DNA from: Candidatus Egerieisoma sp.
GTDB taxonomy: Bacteria > Bacteroidota > Bacteroidia > Bacteroidales > UBA932
NCBI GenBank assembly: GCA_045636765.1
Contig: JAZTYE010000004.1
Span: 1-50,347, forward strand
Length of the DNA stretch: 50,347 bases
Direction of reading: 5' to 3'
Position numbers and translations under genes: made by a program. This document shows, in pieces, positions 44,495-50,347 of the stretch. Position 1 is the stretch's first letter. Each line of letters begins with the position of its first letter. The notes below the pieces were generated by a model. That model saw only the letters and a list, made by a program, of their open reading frames with translations. It searched no databases and had not been told where the DNA came from.

Positions 44495-45775
44495 TTACTC
44501 TACCGGAATATTTTTATTAACGTTCTTAGAACCTACCAACGCATAGAACAACAAGTAAGCCAAACCGGCAACTATTACCCAGTAGCTTGCCATATAAGTT
44601 GTTGCGTCTGCCACAAATCCCTGGATAGCAGGAAGTATACCACCACCGCAAACCATTACCATAAAGATTCCTGATGCTGCTGCTGTATATTTGCCAAGCC
44701 CCTCAACTGCAAGGTTAAAGATTCCACCCCACATAACTGAAGTACACAATCCGCAAAGGACAAGGAACATTATGTTTGCAGGAACACTTACCATACCAAA
44801 TGAGATGTCGCTCTGGAATACAGGCATCATAACTTTAGACTCCGGTGAGGTAAAGATTGCTCCCAATACAAGGCAAAGTCCAATTGCACTTACAGCAGTA
44901 AGCATTGCTTTGCTTGACACTTTTGCTGCAATTGAACCACCTACAAGACGTCCAACCAACATAAGGAACCAATATGTTCCAACAAGACTGCCTGCCATAG
45001 CAGGATCTATACCCAACTCCTGGGTCATATAAAGGTTGCTGATATTTGGAATACCAACCTCAACACCTACATAAATGAAGATTGCAACTATACCAAGCAC
45101 AAAGTGACGGAAGCTCATTGCGCTGTATTTCTTGCCGTCAGCAGGTTTGCTTTCAGATTTTGCCGACTCATAAGCAGGCTCAGGAATATTTGAAACAGCC
45201 AATACTACAAATGCCAATGCAAAAATACCCATAGCTATAAAAACTCCAGGGTTAGCTTTTGCAATTGTTCTTGCAGCCTCGTTGGTACCCATAAGATAAC
45301 CAACAAGTACAGGAACTATAGTAGCTGCTGAAGAGTTGCATACTCCACCCAACTGAATAAGCTGGTTACCTTTATTTCCACCACCGCCAAGGGTGTTAAG
45401 CATAGGGTTTACAACTGTATTGAGCATACACATTGAGAAACCTGATACAAAAGCACCGCACAAGTAAATGCCAAAGCTCTCTGCTTTACCTGAAATGAAA
45501 GTAATGGCAACACCGGCAAAACCAATTACTACTGCAAGAAGTGCAGTCTTTTTGTAACCTATTTTGCTAAGCATATAACCTGCAGGGATACCCATACAAG
45601 CGTAGGCAATAAAGTTAGCCAAGTTACCAAGCTGTGAAAGGAAGTCACTTGCACCAAACTGGTTCTTTACAATTACTCCAAACGGATTCTGCAATCCTGT
45701 TACAAATGCAATCATAAAGAACAACGCAAACATGATTGCTATTGGCAATGCATAATTTTTCTTTGTTGTTTCCAT
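44495..45775 (-). CDS. MFS sugar transporter (glucose/galactose-fucose permease type)
   Basis: 426 aa with ~12 hydrophobic segments. Its stop is 2 nt from the glucokinase start. Confidence 0.8.
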   Translation of the reverse strand: METTKKNYALPIAIMFALFFMIAFVTGLQNPFGVIVKNQFGASDFLSQLGNLANFIAYACMGIPAGYMLSKIGYKKTALLAVVIGFAGVAITFISGKAESFGIYLCGAFVSGFSMCMLNTVVNPMLNTLGGGGNKGNQLIQLGGVCNSSAATIVPVLVGYLMGTNEAARTIAKANPGVFIAMGIFALAFVVLAVSNIPEPAYESAKSESKPADGKKYSAMSFRHFVLGIVAIFIYVGVEVGIPNISNLYMTQELGIDPAMAGSLVGTYWFLMLVGRLVGGSIAAKVSSKAMLTAVSAIGLCLVLGAIFTSPESKVMMPVFQSDISFGMVSVPANIMFLVLCGLCTSVMWGGIFNLAVEGLGKYTAAASGIFMVMVCGGGILPAIQGFVADATTYMASYWVIVAGLAYLLFYALVGSKNVNKNIPVE

Positions 45776-45807
45776 TTTTATAAATTTTTTAAGTTAATGA
45801 ATCCTGT

Positions 45808-47286
45808 TTACAAAAGAGGACTGCACAAGCGTGCAACACTCTCAGCAATTTTCTGTTTCCTTCCCCTCTTGCTCCATTTGTTTGGCATAACCTGCCTGCA
45901 TGCATCCATATCAGATATAATCTGCTGCTCTACTGCAAATGTACACTCTTTATCATAAATAACAGAAAGTATCTCAAAGTTATGTTCAAAACTTCTCATA
46001 TCCATATTTGCAGAGCCCACAATTGCTACCTCTCCATCTATACATACCACTTTGGAGTGGTTGAATCCTTTCTTGAACAGATATACCTTTACACCAGCCT
46101 CAAGAAGTTCGCTTATATAGGACATTGTTCCATAGTGGGTAATAAGTGTGTCGGAACGTTCGGGAAGCATTATCCTCACATCAATGTTCCCCAACGCTGC
46201 AATTTTTATGGCATTGAGGATTGTTTCATTTGGGGTAAAGTATGGAGATACAATGTATATGTGCTTGCGGGCTGCCGTAATAGCACTGAAAAAACATTGC
46301 ATTATACTTGCCCAGTTACTGTCGGGACCACAAACAAGTGTCTGTGTTGCAATATTTTTTTCTGTGGTATCTCCCTGCTGCATCTGTTTTTCCAGCTCAG
46401 GGTAATATTTTCTTTTCTTGCGTATTTTACGGTTAAGGATAAAATACCTGTCCAAAAGAAAGCTGGTCTGCAATGAGAAGACAGCTTCTCCTGCTATTTT
46501 CATGTGAGTATCATGCCAAGGACCCAATGAATTGCCGTAGTAGTAGCGGTCAGCTATATTTACACCTCCCAAGAATCCTGTTTTACCGTCAATCACAAGT
46601 ATCTTGCGGTGATTGCGGTAATTTAATCTGAATGTAGGCAACAAGAATCTCACTTTGGCAAAACAAAGCATTTCCACTCCGGCAGCCTCCATCTTTTCCA
46701 CAAAATCCTTTTTCAAGTGCATACTGCCAACTCCATCATACATTACCCTTACTTCTACTCCTTCCTTAGCCTTGCGCATAAGGAGCTCTGCAAAACGGTT
46801 TCCAGTCTTGTCATTCTCAAATATGTAAGACTGTAAATGTATATGGTTCTTTGCAGCTGATATTGCTGCATACATTGCGTCAAGCGACTCCTTTCCTGTA
46901 TAGTAGAAATCTATTGAGCTGTTGTTCTCTATTAGAGTATAGCTATTGCGCAAATTCTGGAAAATGATTCTGCTGTATGGGGCAAGATCACCCAGAATAT
47001 GGGGATTTTCCTTTATGTAGTTTGCCTGCTGCGCAGATATATCCCTCCTGAGACGGTAATCTGCATCACCCTTAAATGAATAGAGTCTCTTTTTCCGGTA
47101 ATGCATACCAAAAAAGAAATATAGCACCAGACCAATATATGGAAGCAAAACCAGAACTATTACCCATGAGAGCGTTCTTATAGGGTCCTGACGGCGCATA
47201 ATCAATGCAGTGGCTGCATAAACTGCCAGAAAAAGGTTCATTACATACAGAACCGCAGATAATATTTGCCAGCCGCCCGATTCCAT
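45808..47286 (-). CDS. cls: Cardiolipin synthase
   Basis: Two N-terminal TM helices and two PLD HKD motifs (HRKILVIDG and HSKVVCIDG). Confidence 0.92.
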   Translation of the reverse strand: MESGGWQILSAVLYVMNLFLAVYAATALIMRRQDPIRTLSWVIVLVLLPYIGLVLYFFFGMHYRKKRLYSFKGDADYRLRRDISAQQANYIKENPHILGDLAPYSRIIFQNLRNSYTLIENNSSIDFYYTGKESLDAMYAAISAAKNHIHLQSYIFENDKTGNRFAELLMRKAKEGVEVRVMYDGVGSMHLKKDFVEKMEAAGVEMLCFAKVRFLLPTFRLNYRNHRKILVIDGKTGFLGGVNIADRYYYGNSLGPWHDTHMKIAGEAVFSLQTSFLLDRYFILNRKIRKKRKYYPELEKQMQQGDTTEKNIATQTLVCGPDSNWASIMQCFFSAITAARKHIYIVSPYFTPNETILNAIKIAALGNIDVRIMLPERSDTLITHYGTMSYISELLEAGVKVYLFKKGFNHSKVVCIDGEVAIVGSANMDMRSFEHNFEILSVIYDKECTFAVEQQIISDMDACRQVMPNKWSKRGRKQKIAESVARLCSPLL

Positions 47287-47295
47287 CAGCCCTCT

Positions 47296-48063
47296 CTACT
47301 CGTGGATATAATCGTTTATATAACCAAATGAGAGGTCATCCATTCTAAGCTCACCTTTTGTAACATGGCCAAGAAGTGTAATTGGAATTTCCTCATTGAA
47401 AAGGAAATCTACCAGATCATTCTCCTGAGCATCATTTACAGTAATTACTGCCATATATTTGCTCTTGCCAAAAAGGAACTCCTTATCTTCATACTCTGCA
47501 TCACCTGTAATATCAAAACCCAACTCGTTAGGGGCACAGCACTCAAGCAAAGAGATGAAAAGTCCGTTTGAAGAGATGTGGTGGGCACTTGTTATAAGAT
47601 CATGTTCAATGGCTTTAAGAATTATATTCAGGGTCTTGTCATTAAGCTGGAAATCGCTCTCATCCTCAATATTGCCTACAAGATATATTGTATCACCTTT
47701 GGAATCAAACGCCATGGAGGTAATTTTTTTCTTGTCCTTTACAAGTCCCAATGCATTTATTCTTCTGTCATCAACATTTTTGGTTGTAAGGAATCTTGCA
47801 CCTGTACACGCCAATCTGGCAAGAGCCTCAGTAGTGGCCTTTGCAATTGCAGTTGCAGGATCAAACTTATCCAATGAAGGGGAGTTTGCCTTGGAAATAC
47901 CAAGGGTAAAAACACCTTTTCCAATCCTCTCAATAGAGGCATCATAAGGGTTGTTTATATATTCAAGAATATTCTTCTTATACTGTGAATCTTCTGTAAG
48001 GAAATCAGCAATCTCTACAAGATCATCTGTCTGAGCAATGCGGCTCTCGTATAACTCTACCAT
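47296..48063 (-). CDS. Stand-alone PurM/PurL-superfamily fragment-like protein (AIR-synthase-related C-terminal domain, degenerate motifs)
   Basis: DPATAIAKATTEALARLACTGARFL and SAHHISSNGLFISLLECC resemble the PurL/PurM 'DP..GA..AV.EA.RN..A.GA.P' and 'HD.S.GGL' regions, and ITLLGHVTKGELRMD is a typical domain end. No N-terminal ATP-binding half is present. Confidence 0.5.
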   Translation of the reverse strand: MVELYESRIAQTDDLVEIADFLTEDSQYKKNILEYINNPYDASIERIGKGVFTLGISKANSPSLDKFDPATAIAKATTEALARLACTGARFLTTKNVDDRRINALGLVKDKKKITSMAFDSKGDTIYLVGNIEDESDFQLNDKTLNIILKAIEHDLITSAHHISSNGLFISLLECCAPNELGFDITGDAEYEDKEFLFGKSKYMAVITVNDAQENDLVDFLFNEEIPITLLGHVTKGELRMDDLSFGYINDYIHE

Positions 48064-48168
48064 GAATAGATGTAATTAAATTAATATTATAGTCTGTAAA
48101 TATAACCATTTTTTTGACAAATGGTTTTGCGTGGGTCAAAATTGTTTCTATATTTGCACCACTCAAAG

Positions 48169-48252
48169 GCCCAGATGGTGAAATTGGTAGACACGCCACT
48201 TTGAGGGGGTGGTGCCGGTTACGGTGTGCAAGTTCGAGTCTTGTTCTGGGCA
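48169..48252 (+). tRNA. tRNA-Leu (anticodon GAG)
   Basis: Hand fold: acceptor GCCCAGA/TCTGGGC, D arm GTG...CAC with AAATTGGTAGA loop, anticodon stem CCACT/GGTGG with loop TTGAGGG, a long variable arm (GCCGGTTACGGT), T arm GCAAG-TTCGAGT-CTTGT, and discriminator A. Confidence 0.92.
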
Positions 48253-48253
48253 C

Positions 48254-48291
48254 AAAAAAGCCTTCCAGGAATTTTCCGGAAGGCTTTTTCA
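48254..48291 (+). terminator. Terminator after tRNA-Leu (bidirectional shape)
   Basis: GCCTTCC(A)GGA-ATTT-TCCGGAAGGC followed by TTTTT, preceded by an A6 run. Confidence 0.7.
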
Positions 48292-48369
48292 TTTATTCGT
48301 TACCACTTTGGTGCGGGAAATGCCACTTTTTGGCACCAAACCTCTAACAGCAGTACTGTTTGTGGCGTT

Positions 48370-50169
48370 TTACTGCGCATCAAAAACTCTCCACGCAGGG
48401 TGAAGCTCGTTGTTCTGATGCGCCCTTTTGCGCACTATATCATAGAAGTACATAAGGATTGCCTGCGGATTGCCGGCAAACTCTGCATCCTCCTTCAATT
48501 TCTTTTCAAATGCTGCTTTGAGCTGAGGGTCCTTCTCAAGCATCTCTCGCCCTTTCACCTCCATATATTGTGGTCTTATCCAAAACTCGTTACCAGCCTG
48601 TACACACACATTAAAGAAGCCCCAGTAGGTAAGTGAACCTGGTGCTGCGGGCTCCAGCAGCCACATTGCAACTCTCGATGCAGGCTGGTCCATATCAATG
48701 TAGATGCTTCCTGCAGGGTACTCCAATGTCTCGGTTTGGGTGGTGAATTCCGGTTGCACCGGTATGCGTCCCTCACTTTGTCGGGAAGAGAATTTTCCCC
48801 CTGTGTATCGGTAGGTCTCCACTTCAATCTTGCCTGGCTCCTCAAGTACAGTGTATTTTACTCCATGCAGGTCCAAAAGTTCTGCCACATTGCTGTATTG
48901 CGGCATAAGGATATATGCATCAGGTATTTTAATTGCAGCGGAAGGTCTGTATTGGGTATAAACCGGAATATTCAGGGTTATGGGATCATTGTAGTCATGG
49001 GTAACCCACTCCGCGCCGCTGAGGTCGCTGATTACAGTATCGCGGCCCCAGCTCAGATAATTTGCCATGTACGAAGGCTCATCTGTGGCCCTGTAGTTGA
49101 ACCCGAACGGTTCTACGCGTGATGCTGCAGAAGAGGTATATGCATCTGCCTGTGCAATTGCTTTCTGCAAGGAAGTTTTGTTGTCTGCCAAAATCTTTGC
49201 AGAAGCCTCCAAGGCCTCAACTGTGGCAATAACCCTTTGTTTGTAAGGCTTGTATATATGATTCTCTATAAGCAGTCCAAGCCTGTTGTGCGCAGCTGCA
49301 TACCCCTGGGAGTAGCGTGGATCAAAGGTGTCAGGAACAAAACCGCTCTCGGGAGCATTGTATTTCTTGAAGCTGCCGTACAGGAAGATTGGAAAACCTG
49401 CCTTCTCCATCTGTTGGCAAAGCTGCGCCTCATAAACCTCCTGGCTCCATTTTGTAATTCCAGGCTCCATATTGCCGGTCATATTATCAATGGCGTAGGT
49501 CATTACATACTGGAAATCAGCGCCATTTGTAACATGCACATCAATGAACAGCTCAGGCAGCCAGTAGTTGTACATCTTTAGCCAAGCTCTCATCTCCGGA
49601 GCATCTGCCTTAAGAAAATCCCTGTTGAGGTTAAGCTGCTGTGAGGTGTTTCTGGTACCCAGCTCCCGCGGACCGTTCTGGTTTATCCTGTTGAGGGCGG
49701 TAAAATTCTCATGCCCGTCAACATTGAACACAGGAACAAAAATAAAGCTCACATCATCAAGCAGCTTTATGTTCTTCTTCCCGATAACCATATCCCTTAT
49801 AAATATCATTGAGGCATCCTTACCATCCGGTTCACCGGCATGGATACAGCTCTCCACCAGGATAATTACCCTTCCCTTTGCCCTTATGGCCTCTGGGGTA
49901 GTGAGTCCATCCTTATCTACAATTACCAAAGAGAGTTCCCTACCCATTGGACTTGTGCCAAATGAGGTATTGTGGACCATCTTTGAAGCCTTCTCCAACT
50001 TCTGGAAATAAGCCATTGTCTGCTCAAATTTTGGGGTAAGCTCATAATTGAATTTCTCGCAATATGTGAGGAACTCTACCATCTTCTTGGGAACCTGCGC
50101 ATTAAGTTGTGCAAATGCACAAATCAGCAACATTGCCGCAGCAACCCTTCTCAATATCTGTCTAGTCAT
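48370..50169 (-). CDS. Secreted M14-family zinc carboxypeptidase
   Basis: Signal peptide MTRQILRRVAAAMLLICAFAQLNA-Q, zinc motif CIHAGEPDG (H-x-x-E), and LNLNRDF. I reset the start from the GTG at 50190. Confidence 0.8.
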   Translation of the reverse strand: MTRQILRRVAAAMLLICAFAQLNAQVPKKMVEFLTYCEKFNYELTPKFEQTMAYFQKLEKASKMVHNTSFGTSPMGRELSLVIVDKDGLTTPEAIRAKGRVIILVESCIHAGEPDGKDASMIFIRDMVIGKKNIKLLDDVSFIFVPVFNVDGHENFTALNRINQNGPRELGTRNTSQQLNLNRDFLKADAPEMRAWLKMYNYWLPELFIDVHVTNGADFQYVMTYAIDNMTGNMEPGITKWSQEVYEAQLCQQMEKAGFPIFLYGSFKKYNAPESGFVPDTFDPRYSQGYAAAHNRLGLLIENHIYKPYKQRVIATVEALEASAKILADNKTSLQKAIAQADAYTSSAASRVEPFGFNYRATDEPSYMANYLSWGRDTVISDLSGAEWVTHDYNDPITLNIPVYTQYRPSAAIKIPDAYILMPQYSNVAELLDLHGVKYTVLEEPGKIEVETYRYTGGKFSSRQSEGRIPVQPEFTTQTETLEYPAGSIYIDMDQPASRVAMWLLEPAAPGSLTYWGFFNVCVQAGNEFWIRPQYMEVKGREMLEKDPQLKAAFEKKLKEDAEFAGNPQAILMYFYDIVRKRAHQNNELHPAWRVFDAQ

Positions 50170-50252
50170 AATAGTTAGTGTTAATGACACAAATATAATA
50201 TTGTTGGGGGAATAATGACTAAATTTGTTTGGTTGTAAAAATCAAGACAAAT

Positions 50253-50347
50253 ATGAAGATAAGTTTTGTATGCCACGGCAACATTTGCCGCAGCCCTATG
50301 GCTGAATATGTAATGAAACACCTGGTAAAGGAGGCCGGGATGGAGAA
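50253..50347 (+). CDS. Low-molecular-weight protein-tyrosine phosphatase (5' fragment, runs off the window)
   Basis: ATG at 50253. The translation MKISFVCHGNICRSPMAEYVMKHLVKEAGME contains the C-x5-R-S P-loop. Confidence 0.8.
   Translation, partial: MKISFVCHGNICRSPMAEYVMKHLVKEAGME

Overview
This window reads as a Bacteroidota (Bacteroidales-like) chromosomal segment, about 90% coding and mostly core housekeeping. The phylum call rests on BACON domains, lipoprotein signals, weak or absent Shine-Dalgarno sites, and TAnnTTTG -7 boxes about 22-25 nt upstream of several start codons.

Core genes, all called from motifs read in the translations:
- purL, ppdK, and the [FeFe]-hydrogenase maturases hydF-hydE
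- a DEAD-box helicase, yceD-rpmF-plsX-fabH, and typA
- a guaA-like gene, ftsE-nth-xerD, and gyrB
- an M23/LysM peptidase, an SDR oxidoreductase, and nadB-nadC-nadA plus a 2-hydroxyacid dehydrogenase
- a ROK glucokinase with an MFS sugar transporter, cardiolipin synthase, and an M14 carboxypeptidase
- tRNA-Arg(CCT), tRNA-Leu(GAG), and a partial LMW-PTP at the 3' edge

Accessory-looking content:
- a solitary IS200/RAYT-type HUH gene with a GTAG-capped REP-like hairpin
- a stand-alone Wzx flippase plus GT4 pair next to tRNA-Arg
- a 1547-aa lipoprotein with eight BACON domains, an LRR block and an M64 metallopeptidase domain, carrying a recent internal duplication
- a secreted protein with a GATase1/BPL_N-like domain and a PPC domain
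- a TPR protein paired with a predicted beta-barrel protein

I found no CRISPR array, rRNA, prophage, or recognisable defence or toxin system.

The most unusual signal is a perfect 25-bp inverted repeat. Its two arms are the last codons of hydF and the first codons of hydE, and they enclose the hydF stop, a 79-nt A/T-rich spacer and the hydE ATG.

In the supplied ORF track, several leading 'M' residues are TTG or GTG codons. I reset those starts to the first plausible ATG. All family assignments come from motif reading, not from database searches.
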